From an uncultured Candidatus Saccharibacteria bacterium (GTDB lineage Bacteria > Patescibacteriota > CAZHWT01), in NCBI GenBank assembly GCA_964597145.1, contig CAZQWH010000001.1, positions 15,696 through 79,695 of the forward strand: a DNA stretch of 64,000 nt, read 5' to 3'. A program made the translations under genes and the position numbers. A model generated the notes under the pieces. The model searched no databases. It was not told the DNA's origin and saw only the letters and a program-made list of their open reading frames with translations. Positions 21,782 to 31,976 of the stretch are shown one piece after another; within the stretch, counting starts at the first letter, position 1, and the number at the start of each line of letters is the position of its first letter.

Positions 21782-21914
21782 AGGACTTCCTCCAAGATCT
21801 TAAAGACTATATAACATGATTTAATGTAAGCGTCAAAAATGATTTCGAATGAAAAAGCAAAAAATATACCCCCAGTCTTCAATGAGTCTGAGGGTATTGG
21901 CCTTCGCTGGGTGG

Positions 21915-22493
21915 TTAGTGAATCACTTGCAAAGGCCCTCTACGGAGTAATTGCTCCGTCTTTTTTTTCAACCGTCCCCTAAAGTCTTCCTCGATGGTAG
22001 TGCTTGTCTGGGTAGACTGGCTTTGCCAGTGCTTCCAGTCCAACACCAAGTCAAGCAGTTGGCCAGCAAGATAGTTGGCCAACTGGGGGTTCTGGTTAAG
22101 GCCGGGTAGGGGCTGTTGCACCAGCCGGGCCATGATTGGTTGCAGCTCTCTCCGAATTCTTTGCTGGAGGTAATAGTCCTCCCAAGTGCCACCTCCTCGG
22201 TCGGTAACATTCTGGGCAACCTCCCGAACGAGCTGCTTGAGTGAGTTCGTCATGGTCGCCTGTCGAATCTTGACGGTTTGGTTGCTACTTTCAGACTCAA
22301 TAGTAACGATATAGCACGGCTCGTCAGTATCCTTGGCCAAGTCAGCCAAGAGCTCGGGTGGCAAATTATGGACCTCAGACAAGAACACCAGATTGAGTAG
22401 ATATTCCTCTAGGTATGGGTCCAAGCTGTCGCAGTCTAGTCTCCACCACTGGGAGTATCCGCCACGGATTGTACTCTTGATATCAATAATCAC
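21915..22493 (-). CDS. Orphan hypothetical protein
   Basis: GTG start with AGGAGAG SD; terminator near 21860-21898. Confidence 0.6.
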   Translation of the reverse strand: MIIDIKSTIRGGYSQWWRLDCDSLDPYLEEYLLNLVFLSEVHNLPPELLADLAKDTDEPCYIVTIESESSNQTVKIRQATMTNSLKQLVREVAQNVTDRGGGTWEDYYLQQRIRRELQPIMARLVQQPLPGLNQNPQLANYLAGQLLDLVLDWKHWQSQSTQTSTTIEEDFRGRLKKKTEQLLRRGPLQVIH

Positions 22494-22595
22494 GGCTCAC
22501 TCTCCTGGTTGTTTGCGCGATACAATCGATCGATTTGAGTGTCAGAAGTATAGCATAGATTGTCAGATAGTAGCCCATCAGATATACTACACAGC

Positions 22596-23570
22596 ATGAA
22601 AGAACGAGTATTTTCTGGAATTCGGGCCACGGGGCAGCTGCACTTGGGTAACTATTATGGTGCCATTAAAGGCATGCTGGAGTTGCAAGATCAGCATGAA
22701 ACTATTTATAGCGTTGTCGATTTGCACTCCATCACCACACCTGTGGACTATACAACACTACCAGAAAAGATTAGAGGGATTGCTTTAGATTATTTAGCAG
22801 CTGGGCTTGATCCGCAAAAGTCCATATTAATGGTGCAATCGCAGAATCCCGCCCATCTAGAATTAGCCTGGATATTAGGTGTTTTTGTCCCAGTGACCTG
22901 GTTGTCTCATTTACCTACCTATAAAGACAAAAAGGCTCAGCATCCAGATTTTGTCAATTGGGGGCTACTTTCGTATCCGGTGCTCATGGCGGCAGACATT
23001 TTGGCCTACAAGGCCCCTCTAGTGCCGATTGGCAAAGACCAGGAGCCTCATTTAGAAATAACCAGGGAAATTGCCCGTAAATTTAATAAACAATTTGACT
23101 ATGATTTTCCTGAGCCAAAAAGTTTTGCTACAAAAGGCTACTCACTGCCGACATTAATGGGTGATGCCAAGAAAATGAGCAAATCGGTGGAAGGGAGCTA
23201 TATTGCACTTTCCGATAATCTGCCCACCATACAAAAAAAGTTGGCCAAAGCCCCAACCGATACCGGCAATGAGCCAGAGTTGAGTCAAGGAACACAAAAT
23301 CTATTTGCCTTGATGGAGCTGTTTAGTCCCAAAGATATCACAGAGCAATTTCGGGCCGCTCGTCAGGATGGATCAATTCGGTATGGAGATATGAAGAAGC
23401 GTCTAGCCGATGATATCTTTGTGGAGCTAGCACCCGTACAAGAGCGACGTCGCGAGATTGAAGCAAAGTCGGGATATGTGGAAGAGGTGTTGGTTGCAGG
23501 AGCTGAAAAAGCTCGAAAGATTTCGGAGCCGATACTTAAAGAGGTGAAAGAGCTAGTGGGGCTAGGGTAG
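22596..23570 (+). CDS. trpS: Tryptophan--tRNA ligase
   Basis: HLGN (HIGH), YPVLMAADIL, VPIGKDQ and KMSKS. Start MKERV at 22596. Confidence 0.97.
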   Translation: MKERVFSGIRATGQLHLGNYYGAIKGMLELQDQHETIYSVVDLHSITTPVDYTTLPEKIRGIALDYLAAGLDPQKSILMVQSQNPAHLELAWILGVFVPVTWLSHLPTYKDKKAQHPDFVNWGLLSYPVLMAADILAYKAPLVPIGKDQEPHLEITREIARKFNKQFDYDFPEPKSFATKGYSLPTLMGDAKKMSKSVEGSYIALSDNLPTIQKKLAKAPTDTGNEPELSQGTQNLFALMELFSPKDITEQFRAARQDGSIRYGDMKKRLADDIFVELAPVQERRREIEAKSGYVEEVLVAGAEKARKISEPILKEVKELVGLG

Positions 23571-23576
23571 GCGTGA

Positions 23577-23724
23577 GCATGGCGGGCAGGTCTTGGTTGG
23601 GTACAGAAGATTGCTTCATTACATTCGCAATCACGGACAATCTCTTCTACAGACTACAGACTACAGACGATAGACTAAAACCCCCGCCCGCCACGCAAGC
23701 CAGCTTGCTGGCGTTGCGGGCAGG
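23577..23724. repeat. Repeat cluster: half GTCATTGCGA element, (CTACAGA)n and a GC-rich nested hairpin
   Basis: AGATTGCTTCATTACATTCGCAATCACGG, ctacagactacagactacagac and CCCGCCCGC..GCGGGCAGG. Confidence 0.65.
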
Positions 23725-23730
23725 TAAAAC

Positions 23731-24171
23731 CTACTTATTATCTCTAGATTTCACCTTAATCGATTTGGGTTTGGCGGATTCGGCTTTGGGCATGGTCAGG
23801 GTGAGGACGCCATCTTCGGTCTCAGCTTCGACTTTGGCAGCATCGACGGCCGCCGGTAGAGTGACGGAGCGGGCGAAAGTGCCGTAACGCACCTCTTTGA
23901 AGAAATAGTTTCGGTTCCGGTCATCTTCCACCTCCTCTTCTCTGGCCTCGCCTCGAACGGTAACAGTATCGCCGGTGATGGTGATATCCAAGTCGTCTGG
24001 CTTAATGCCGGGAGTGGGCATTTTAACGACCACGTCACCATTGGTTTCATACACATCAACCGCCAGAGTTGAATCGCTGGCAAATGACAGCCCGGTCAGG
24101 CGGTCAAACTCATCCCACAGGTTGGGACGGGTCACTTCTCTTCGATTGGGGTTGTATCGGACTATAGCCAT
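23731..24171 (-). CDS. hsp20: Small heat shock protein (Hsp20/alpha-crystallin)
   Basis: VDVYET...PGIKPDDL...YGTFARSVTLP...DGVLTLTMPK. Confidence 0.95.
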   Translation of the reverse strand: MAIVRYNPNRREVTRPNLWDEFDRLTGLSFASDSTLAVDVYETNGDVVVKMPTPGIKPDDLDITITGDTVTVRGEAREEEVEDDRNRNYFFKEVRYGTFARSVTLPAAVDAAKVEAETEDGVLTLTMPKAESAKPKSIKVKSRDNK

Positions 24172-24192
24172 TTTTTATCTCCTTTACTGCAT

Positions 24193-24252
24193 GTCATTCT
24201 GAACTTGTTTCAGAATCCAATCACTTAGATCCTGGATCAAGTCCGGGATGAC
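24193..24252 (-). repeat. 60-bp double-hairpin GTCAT...ATGAC element upstream of hsp20
   Basis: 57/60 identical to 38001-38060, in the same orientation relative to the gene. Confidence 0.9.
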
Positions 24253-24474
24253 AAGTCTGAGTAAGTATCATCTCAGCCTTGTCAACTTACCTAACTCACT
24301 ACCAACTACCATATACTTACAGTAGCTAGGTTGCTGCAAGCACGCACATGCCGAAGATAGATGCCAATCTTCGGTTGTATGTGCGGATGATTGATATGAA
24401 ACCCACCTCCCAACTAATTCTTACCCATCTGTCAAAACAGAAATTAGCTGAGAGGTGGGTTCGTTTGGATGTAG

Positions 24475-24642
24475 CTATCTGTAGGTATAGTAATTACGTA
24501 TCTCCGAATCTATTTGCCTAGCCGCCTTGCGCTCCCGGATAACTTTGCCTCCTTTGCGACCAAATGGTTTAATTTCATCAGAGTCAAATTGCGAGCTTCG
24601 AGTATCTAAATTATATTTTTTATGGGTCGATTGTAATTTCAC
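24475..24642 (-). CDS. Small KGG-motif stress protein (55 aa), missing from the ORF track
   Basis: Manual translation from GTG at 24642 with AAGGAG SD: MKLQSTHKKYNLDTRSSQFDSDEIKPFGRKGGKVIRERKAARQIDSEIRNYYTYR. Downstream hairpin near 24398-24462. Confidence 0.6.
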   Translation of the reverse strand: MKLQSTHKKYNLDTRSSQFDSDEIKPFGRKGGKVIRERKAARQIDSEIRNYYTYR

Positions 24643-24738
24643 GGGCAGTCTCCTTAAATGTACTAGTAGATATACTCTAGCTGTCTAACAACGCAAGGGT
24701 GGGAGCTAGACAGCTAGATGATTCATGACAATAGTGGT

Positions 24739-24993
24739 CTAAGCGGGGGTTCGCAGCATTCGGGCAATGGCGAGCAGGGCAACTGAGCCTACAATAGCAA
24801 TCAACATAGAGGCTAAGTCTAGCCCGTCTACTGTGCCAATACCGAATAGTGTAGCTAACCAGCCGCCAACTATTGCACCAACAATTCCGATCAGGATAGC
24901 TCCAACTACGCCACCAGGAGTTCGACCTGGGACGATTAAGCTGGCCACCCCACCGGCGATAAGTCCTAAGACGATCCAAGCTAAAATTGACAT
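24739..24993 (-). CDS. GlsB/YeaQ/YmgE family stress-response membrane protein (transglycosylase-associated)
   Basis: MSILAWIVLGLIAG...GIVGAIVGG...AIVGSVALL; strong SD AAGGGGGTGA. Confidence 0.9.
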   Translation of the reverse strand: MSILAWIVLGLIAGGVASLIVPGRTPGGVVGAILIGIVGAIVGGWLATLFGIGTVDGLDLASMLIAIVGSVALLAIARMLRTPA

Positions 24994-25093
24994 ACGGTAT
25001 AGTCACCCCCTTTCATGCACATCTTCTTGATGTCGCTCTTCTTTCTTCGTTTCCGAAAGATTGATCAAGAAGATTGAAAATTTATTACAACTT

Positions 25094-25354
25094 TTAATTA
25101 ATCCTGCTAATGAGCATAATTACCTTTCCTCCTGGTTGTCCCAGTTGGCTTGGCAAGACTAATTTCGATAACGCTTGGCGATACAACGACAAACCATCTA
25201 ATGGCGGCGCTGGAGTTAAGTGTTTCCATGAGTTTAGAGAGATAAGAGCAACTACAAAATCACGTGCATCGCGACGGCGGATTCGGCTTAGATACCGAGT
25301 AGTTAATTGCCAGCGATCAGATAGAGTCGTATAGTTATAGGGCGTGTATGTCAT
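25094..25354 (-). CDS. Hypothetical protein (uncertain)
   Basis: 86-aa ORF between a minus-strand TTGACA near 25433 and the glsB-like gene; no recognisable motif. Confidence 0.35.
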   Translation of the reverse strand: MTYTPYNYTTLSDRWQLTTRYLSRIRRRDARDFVVALISLNSWKHLTPAPPLDGLSLYRQALSKLVLPSQLGQPGGKVIMLISRIN

Positions 25355-25550
25355 AAGTTTAGTTTAATGTACCTACAATTAATATTGATGTTTAACTATA
25401 CAATAATGCTATCACTAAGCATACTAGCTGTCAAGGGGTTTTAGTAGTATCCGAGTATGTTGACTGATTATCCTGGCTTAGTATAAGATGCTGGTGGTGG
25501 AGTATTATTTATAATTTGATAGAGTAACCAAATCAGTAGTAGAGTAATTC

Positions 25551-27104
25551 ATGAAATCATCGCCCACATCGATACCCAATATAGAAAAAATATTACCCAT
25601 AGAACTCATTACCCGCACCAACGCTACGACGGTCGGGATAGTTGTGCTTGATGCAAAGTTCTCCATTATGTATGTTGGTAAAACCGCTCAGCAATTTCTG
25701 CGTGGGACAGAATTAGCAATAGGCGATATCTTCACTCGGAAAATTAAAAAAGTTAAATCTGTATATAGTCAAGAAGACAAATCAGAGGAAGTCGCGGCAG
25801 ATTTATTACACTCTGTCCTGCATCAAAATAAACCACAGCAATTTTATTTAGAGACCGGGGCCGAAGACGAATCACCGCTGTGGTTAATCGTTGAAGCGAC
25901 TAAAACCCAAGTCAATAAAAATGGAGAGCTAGGCGTTTTATTAATCCTGACAGATGTAACCAAAATAAAACAGCAACAGCTAGCGGTTAGGAAACAATTA
26001 GCCGAAATTTCCGATCAAAACCGACAATGGCAAGCCATGTACAACGGTATGCCAGAAAGCATTGTCCTACTCAATACCGATGGGCGAGTCTTAACCATGA
26101 ACCCCGCCACCGAGAGGATCACTGGCTACAAGGTCTCAGAGGGTATCGGCATGCATGTTGGTGAATTATTTCCCAAAACCGATGCCATGGTACCCGGTGT
26201 TGATACCAAAGGCCGGAGTGGACTACACCAGACTCTCGAGGACGAACGCACCAGTGATTTATTTGAAGCCATTGTAGCCACCAAAGACGGCCGCCACATT
26301 TGGATAAACTATACCTACACCCCATTAAAAGATGCCAAAAGCGTTACGACCGCTTTAGTTCGGGTAACCAGCGACGTTAGTACCGTCAAGGCGGTAGAGC
26401 AAATGAAAAATGACTTTGTCTCTATTGCTTCACATGAACTCCGTACACCACTAGGCGTAATTAATAGCTACTTAACCCTGTTTTTAAATGGTCAGCTCGG
26501 CGAATTAACCGCAGACCAAAAAACATACATGCAGCGAGTGTATAATGCCAGCGGCGATATGTCGGCATTAGTTGAAGATTTATTAAACATGTCGCGAATC
26601 GAGTCGGGCCGGGTAGAGTTGGCGGTCCAGCCGTTTGATATGCGCGATTTAATTCAGGAAGTGTTGTCCCACTTAGAGCAACGTATTCAAACCAAAAAAG
26701 TCCACGTTAGCGTAAAGCAGCCCAAGCGGAAATTTTTAATCAAAGCTGATCGACAAAAAGTGGAGCAAGCCTTGACTAACATCATCGATAATGCTATTAA
26801 ATATACGTATGATGATGGTCAAATTACGGTCATCGCCAAGTCAGAAAATGGTAATGCAATCGTTGCCGTAAAAGACTCTGGCGTTGGAATAAAGCCAGAG
26901 AATTTAGGCCATGTCTTTGAAAAATTTTATCGAGAAGGTAACCCGCTATCTGTAAAAGAAGGTGGTTCAGGCCTAGGACTATATATTAGCCGCAAGCTCA
27001 TAGAGCTGCATGGAGGAACTATTTCAGTTGCATCGAAGCGACGAGCTGGTAGTATATTTACATTAACACTACCCTTGTCTGTAGATCAGAGCCGGGAAGC
27101 ATAG
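25551..27104 (+). CDS. Cytoplasmic PAS-domain sensor histidine kinase
   Basis: PAS-like segments, H-box ASHELRTPL, N-box NIIDNAIKY, G1 DSGVGI and G2 GSGLGL; no TM. Confidence 0.92.
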   Translation: MKSSPTSIPNIEKILPIELITRTNATTVGIVVLDAKFSIMYVGKTAQQFLRGTELAIGDIFTRKIKKVKSVYSQEDKSEEVAADLLHSVLHQNKPQQFYLETGAEDESPLWLIVEATKTQVNKNGELGVLLILTDVTKIKQQQLAVRKQLAEISDQNRQWQAMYNGMPESIVLLNTDGRVLTMNPATERITGYKVSEGIGMHVGELFPKTDAMVPGVDTKGRSGLHQTLEDERTSDLFEAIVATKDGRHIWINYTYTPLKDAKSVTTALVRVTSDVSTVKAVEQMKNDFVSIASHELRTPLGVINSYLTLFLNGQLGELTADQKTYMQRVYNASGDMSALVEDLLNMSRIESGRVELAVQPFDMRDLIQEVLSHLEQRIQTKKVHVSVKQPKRKFLIKADRQKVEQALTNIIDNAIKYTYDDGQITVIAKSENGNAIVAVKDSGVGIKPENLGHVFEKFYREGNPLSVKEGGSGLGLYISRKLIELHGGTISVASKRRAGSIFTLTLPLSVDQSREA

Positions 27105-27120
27105 AAGGGTTATTTATATT

Positions 27121-27510
27121 ATGAGTGATGAATCAGTAAAAGTTCTATTAATTGAGGACGATGTACGAGTTCGTGAACTCTACGAATTAGTACTAAAAAT
27201 GGATGAGTACCAGGTAATTACATCCGAGACTGGCGAAGATGGAATTGAGAAAGCTAAGTCCGAGCAACCAGACCTAATCTTCCTAGATATCCGCTTACCA
27301 GGTATGAATGGCCTTGAAGTCTTGGAGATCTTACGTCAAGACGAACAAACCTCAGCCATTCCGGTTGTTATCCTCTCCAACCTTGACGATGAAAAGACGG
27401 TCAGCAAAGGCGTATCACTTGGCGCTCTAGAATACGTCGTTAAAAGCCGTATCACCCCTCAAGATTTATCCAAACGGGTTAAAGATATTGGCGGCAAAAA
27501 GAGTCATTAA
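27121..27510 (+). CDS. Single-domain response regulator (receiver)
   Basis: LIEDD, FLDIRLPGMNG and the conserved Lys in YVVKS. Confidence 0.92.
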   Translation: MSDESVKVLLIEDDVRVRELYELVLKMDEYQVITSETGEDGIEKAKSEQPDLIFLDIRLPGMNGLEVLEILRQDEQTSAIPVVILSNLDDEKTVSKGVSLGALEYVVKSRITPQDLSKRVKDIGGKKSH

Positions 27511-27544
27511 TTAAGTTAAGAGTGGTAAGGTCTAAGTTAGAAGT

Positions 27545-27576
27545 AAAAACACCCCGCCCCTGAGCAGGGTGTTTTG
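27545..27576. terminator. Bidirectional terminator
   Basis: AAAACACCC...GGGTGTTTT. Confidence 0.65.
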
Positions 27577-27583
27577 TTGCACC

Positions 27584-27846
27584 TTAAGCAGAGAGCGGCT
27601 GCAGCATCGATAGCAACCAGTTAAGCTCATCAGCCCCAGCTTCATGATTGTGTGTCTCTCTCGGCTGGCGCAGATAGAGCAAACGCATGCCTCCGTTGCA
27701 GCTGATAACTAAACCAGTGGCAGCATCGAACTGTACATTGAGCGTGACTGCTGAAAAACAAGCGTAACTAGCTTCGCGAACTGGACGCATTTGGCGGTTA
27801 TGCCCTTCACAGAGATCAGCAGCATCGGCATAAGCGGTGTAAAATG
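27584..27846 (-). pseudogene. Possible 5'-truncated gene remnant abutting the RAYT end
   Basis: The frame of the 68-aa ORF stays open upstream of its ATG (27790) into the REP-like palindrome and stops at 27875-27877. Confidence 0.3.
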
Positions 27847-28729
27847 TAACCCCGGGGGTTAAATGAGCTTGAACCTAGGTTGCCTGCTTATTTCGAATGA
27901 GAAACGAGTGTGTTAGTCAGAAACAACGCCCTGGCCTTCGTGCAATAAGTGTTCAAGAGACTTGAGACTCTTTTGATAGTCAGCTTGGTTTAAAACAAAG
28001 TTGCAATAAGAATGCACATCATTGAACATACTTAAAACTGGGGCAGTGGTAATAAACGAATTCTTGCCTTTTATATAAAGTGGCAATGACGACCAAGGAT
28101 AAGAAAGAATCCCATTTGGGGTTTTTACAAGATAGGCGGTTGACGGATTTAAGTGGATGTAGCGCGATACATGGCTCAGCTGCTCAGCAGTCTCTATTCG
28201 CACAGCCTTAAAGGATGGCAAAAATAGCGTGCCTTTACGTGCATGTTTCAAGTTATAGTAACGAGTATAACTATTTTGAAGTTGACCTAAATATCTTGAA
28301 ATACCATCGTCTTTAACTTGTCTGAGTAATAAGTGGAAGTGGTTAGGCATTATGCAGTAGGCAATCACTTCAACCAAGCGCGACGATGGACTCCAGTTTG
28401 CGCGTATAGCCGCCTGCTGTTCTGAATTAAGAGCTAAATATCGTGAAAAACTAATTGTATTTGCTCCATAGCAGTAAAACTCTAGGCCAGATAGTATTCT
28501 GCGATATTCACGCAAGTCAGTAAATGTTTGACGCTCATCCTGTCCGCGATTAAAAACATGGTATATTTGCCCGTTGCATATAGGATAAATTCTTCTCATA
28601 CGACCCCCAATTAAGTACAACATGGGCAGTGCAGTGAATAACATCAACATATACGCCTCTGCATGCTGATTGTCAAAGTAAACAACCAACCTAGGTTCAA
28701 AGCTGTTTAACCTCGGGGGTTAAACAGTT
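27847..28729 (-). mobile_element. RAYT unit: Y1 HUH transposase flanked by inverted REP-like ends
   Basis: Left end TAACCCCGGGGGTTA..TTGAACCTAGGTTG; right end CAACCTAGGTTCAA..TTAACCTCGGGGGTTAA. Confidence 0.8.
27913..28599 (-). CDS. REP-associated tyrosine transposase (RAYT; Y1_Tnp / IS200-like)
   Basis: YHVFNRG, HUH motif MPNHFHLLL, catalytic YIHLNP and YPWSS. Start is probably MRRIY at 28599. Confidence 0.9.
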   Translation of the reverse strand: MRRIYPICNGQIYHVFNRGQDERQTFTDLREYRRILSGLEFYCYGANTISFSRYLALNSEQQAAIRANWSPSSRLVEVIAYCIMPNHFHLLLRQVKDDGISRYLGQLQNSYTRYYNLKHARKGTLFLPSFKAVRIETAEQLSHVSRYIHLNPSTAYLVKTPNGILSYPWSSLPLYIKGKNSFITTAPVLSMFNDVHSYCNFVLNQADYQKSLKSLEHLLHEGQGVVSD

Positions 28730-28976
28730 ATTTCATATTGTTTTTACGAATTGAAGGTTTTAGTCATGATGACTGTGTATTTAGTGATCTAATCTGGTCA
28801 CCAAATGCATGACGTAAATCCCTAGAAATTGCCAGATTGCTGTGGTATAGTGCGGCTGGTTGTAATTGTTTGCTTTTACAACGTTTCACCTTGAAAAAAC
28901 GAATACACAAAAACCCATCCAAGTAATACCATGAATGGGTTTGAGAATAACGTAATGTATTTGTGTGCCAATTACA

Positions 28977-29279
28977 TTATTTTTCCGAATCAGGAAAAAC
29001 ACTGTGACGCAGGTTGAGATTATTTTTATTACCTACTTCAAGTAGCTCTAAAATAGCCTTAACCCCTGCTAGGTTCACACCCTTTTTGCGGGTTAAAAAT
29101 TGAATAAATTCCAATCGACGAATGTCGTTTTGGCTATAGCGACGACGATTAGTTTTGGTGCGATGTGGAACAACGAGTTGCTCTGTTTCGTAAATCATTA
29201 AGGTTCGCGGATGAACACCGAGCAAATCGGCCGCAACGCTAAGAGTAAACAAGGGTTTATCTAAGTTTAACTCCGGCAT
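28977..29279 (-). CDS. MerR-family regulator, HspR-like
   Basis: FTLSVAADLLGVHPRTLMIYE...RRRYSQNDI...GVNLAGVKAIL; AGGAGG SD. Confidence 0.82.
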   Translation of the reverse strand: MPELNLDKPLFTLSVAADLLGVHPRTLMIYETEQLVVPHRTKTNRRRYSQNDIRRLEFIQFLTRKKGVNLAGVKAILELLEVGNKNNLNLRHSVFPDSEK

Positions 29280-29540
29280 AAAAAGACACCTCCTATGGGT
29301 CGAATGTAAAAACAGTATAAAAATATTTTGACGTTTTATAACGCAGTTATGTCTGCAGCTACACCAAAATAAAATTACGTATAAGCAATAGCTCTGGCGC
29401 TAGTGCACACCGAAATAAATTCTAGTGTATCAAAATGTTACAACATTATTGTTGTCAGAAATAAGTCCGTTTGTCAAGGTGCAGGATTTAGTAAAATTAG
29501 GGGTTAACAATAAAGTCATAAAAAAGTATACTGGCATTGT

Positions 29541-31685
29541 ATGATTATCATTTCACGTTTAACAAAATATCCCTGGTTGCAACAGCTCATTTCCTATGGG
29601 GTGTTTGGCTTTCTGGTGATGTGTATTATGGGCTCTGTCGCGTTAACTATCGGGACGTGGGCATTCTCCATCGACTTGCCCAGCCCCGATCAACTAACCC
29701 AACGCTCCATCCCACAAAGCACCGAAATATATGATCGACATGGCAAGCTGTTGTACCAGGTCTATCGCGACCAAAATCGGACGCTAGTCTCCTTAGAAGA
29801 TATACCTCAAGTGGTAATTGACGCTACCTTGGCTGCCGAAGATCAAAATTTTTATGAGCATGGTGGAATTGATTTTCGAGGCATGGCCTATGCTGCCTAT
29901 CAAACGCTGGTGGTTGGTCATCTCCAAGGTGGATCCACCATTACCCAGCAGCTAGTTAAGCAAACCCTACTTTCCGATAAAAGGACGCTCGACCGCAAAA
30001 TTAAAGAGGCAATCTTATCGATGCGCTTAGAGCAGCAATATAGCAAAGATCAGATCTTGCAAATGTATCTAAACGAAGTGCCATACGGAGGGGAAGTGTA
30101 TGGTATTAAAGCTGCCGCTAAGACCTATTTTAATAAAGACTTGGACCAACTCACCCTTTCCGAGGCCGCCTTGCTGGCCGGATTACCACAAAGCCCTACT
30201 AACTATTCGCCATTTACCCACCCTCAGATGGCCGCCGAACGCCAGCATCATGTGCTGAACTTAATGGCGGAAGCTGGGCTAATCACTCAGACCCAAGCCG
30301 AAGAGGCTAAGTTAGTAGATTTGGCCTATGCCTCTCCAGAAGTATTAATCAATGCTCCCTGGTTTACCTTATGGGTAAAGGCTCAGCTAGAAGCTCAATA
30401 TGGTCAACAGTTAGTAGAAGAAGGCGGATTAAGAGTTACCACCACCTTAGATTTGGATAAGCAGGGAATAGCGGAAGAAGAGGTTGGCTTTCAGCTCGAT
30501 CGGCTGGCAACCGTCGGCGCCAACGCTCATCAAGCAGCCTTGCTCAGTATGGATCCACAAACCGGGGAAATCTTAAGCATGGTTGGCTCCAGAGATTACT
30601 TTGACCGAGAGGCCCAGGGTAATGTTAACGGCACTCTGGCTTGGCAGCAACCTGGCAGCTCAATTAAGCCGTTTGTCTATCTAACCGGCTTTATGACAAA
30701 TAAAATTACCCCAGCCACCTTACTCAACGATAAGCGGACAGTTTTTAATGCTGGAGTTGGCCAGCCACCATACATTCCTCGGGAGTCCGACGGTAAGTAT
30801 TGGGGCCCCATTTTAGCTAGGGATGCATTAGCCAATTCACGTAACATACCCACGGTCCAAGTTATGGAGAAAATCGGTGTGCCGGCTATGATCACTACTG
30901 CCACTAAAGCAGGTATCCCAAATTATGACAACAACCGAGGCAACTATGGATTATCACTATCACTCGGAGCTGGTGAAGTGCGAATGATCGACCTAGCCGC
31001 GGCCTATGCCACGCTAGCCAACAATGGGGTTTACCGCGAACCAGTCGCTATTTTAAAGGTTGAAACCGCCGATGGAAAGATTTTATACCAATACCAGCCT
31101 GGGCCAGGCCAGAATCAAATTGACCCTCGGTATTCATATTTGGTCACCAATATTCTCTCTGACAATAAAGCTCGAGAGCGATTATTTGGCCCCAATAATT
31201 TGCTAGAGCTTACCCATCGCCCCGCTGCTGTTAAAACTGGTACCACCGATGATAACCGAGATGCCTGGACAGTGGGCTTTACCCCAGATGTCGTCACGGC
31301 GGTATGGGTGGGCAATTTCGATAACACTCCCATGCAAGGTGTGATGGGGGCAACTGGAGCCACGCCAATCTGGCATTATTACATGGAGAGAGTGCTCAAA
31401 AACACCCCGGTATCAAACTTTACCCGCCCAGATGGACTAATAGAAAAGCCAATTACCAAGTCGGGCCATTTATCGTGCTCAAGTGTCACAACCTACCGCC
31501 TAGAGTTGTTTGTTAAAGGCACCGAGCCACAAGGTCCGTGCTATCCCTTTATTATTCCCGATGGCGAAATTGAACCTCGGCGTGGCGTGGCGGGGGAACA
31601 AATTTGGCGTCAAGAACGTAATGGGCGAAGTATTAGAATTCAGTACCAAGGCAATGGCCATACCATTTGGAAGTATATCGACTAG
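29541..31685 (+). CDS. Class A penicillin-binding protein (transglycosylase/transpeptidase)
   Basis: EDQNFYEHGG, QGGSTITQQL and RKIKE in the GT domain; SSIK (SxxK), SRN and KTG in the TP domain. Confidence 0.95.
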   Translation: MIIISRLTKYPWLQQLISYGVFGFLVMCIMGSVALTIGTWAFSIDLPSPDQLTQRSIPQSTEIYDRHGKLLYQVYRDQNRTLVSLEDIPQVVIDATLAAEDQNFYEHGGIDFRGMAYAAYQTLVVGHLQGGSTITQQLVKQTLLSDKRTLDRKIKEAILSMRLEQQYSKDQILQMYLNEVPYGGEVYGIKAAAKTYFNKDLDQLTLSEAALLAGLPQSPTNYSPFTHPQMAAERQHHVLNLMAEAGLITQTQAEEAKLVDLAYASPEVLINAPWFTLWVKAQLEAQYGQQLVEEGGLRVTTTLDLDKQGIAEEEVGFQLDRLATVGANAHQAALLSMDPQTGEILSMVGSRDYFDREAQGNVNGTLAWQQPGSSIKPFVYLTGFMTNKITPATLLNDKRTVFNAGVGQPPYIPRESDGKYWGPILARDALANSRNIPTVQVMEKIGVPAMITTATKAGIPNYDNNRGNYGLSLSLGAGEVRMIDLAAAYATLANNGVYREPVAILKVETADGKILYQYQPGPGQNQIDPRYSYLVTNILSDNKARERLFGPNNLLELTHRPAAVKTGTTDDNRDAWTVGFTPDVVTAVWVGNFDNTPMQGVMGATGATPIWHYYMERVLKNTPVSNFTRPDGLIEKPITKSGHLSCSSVTTYRLELFVKGTEPQGPCYPFIIPDGEIEPRRGVAGEQIWRQERNGRSIRIQYQGNGHTIWKYID

Positions 31686-31976
31686 CCCAGTGAAGCAAGG
31701 CAATCAGGTAGTGGCCATGAACAGGCAGTAAAATACCACTCTCAAAAAAGTAGATACCACTTGGCGTCACTATCTAAAAAATTAAAATCGCCATCATCAC
31801 GAACATATCTCGTTAAATAAGACTCTGTGTCTCCGGCAACAATACAATACCATTACCATAAATATTTCATGAGTGGTGTGGGATTAACATACAGCATTAC
31901 GCAGCCGCCATTTTTTCAAACTTTAACTATTATAAAAGCAAAACGAGCGTCTACTTGTTGGGTAGCGCCTTGACCC

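Noticed and set aside
20890-22560. Integron cassette array
   Set aside because: The inter-gene hairpins look like Rho-independent terminators, lack the RYYYAAC/GTTRRRY attC boundaries, and no intI is present.
24256-24277. HAIR operator for HspR upstream of hsp20
   Set aside because: Arm spacing is one base longer than consensus and the arms are only 5 bp, so it is not called as a feature.
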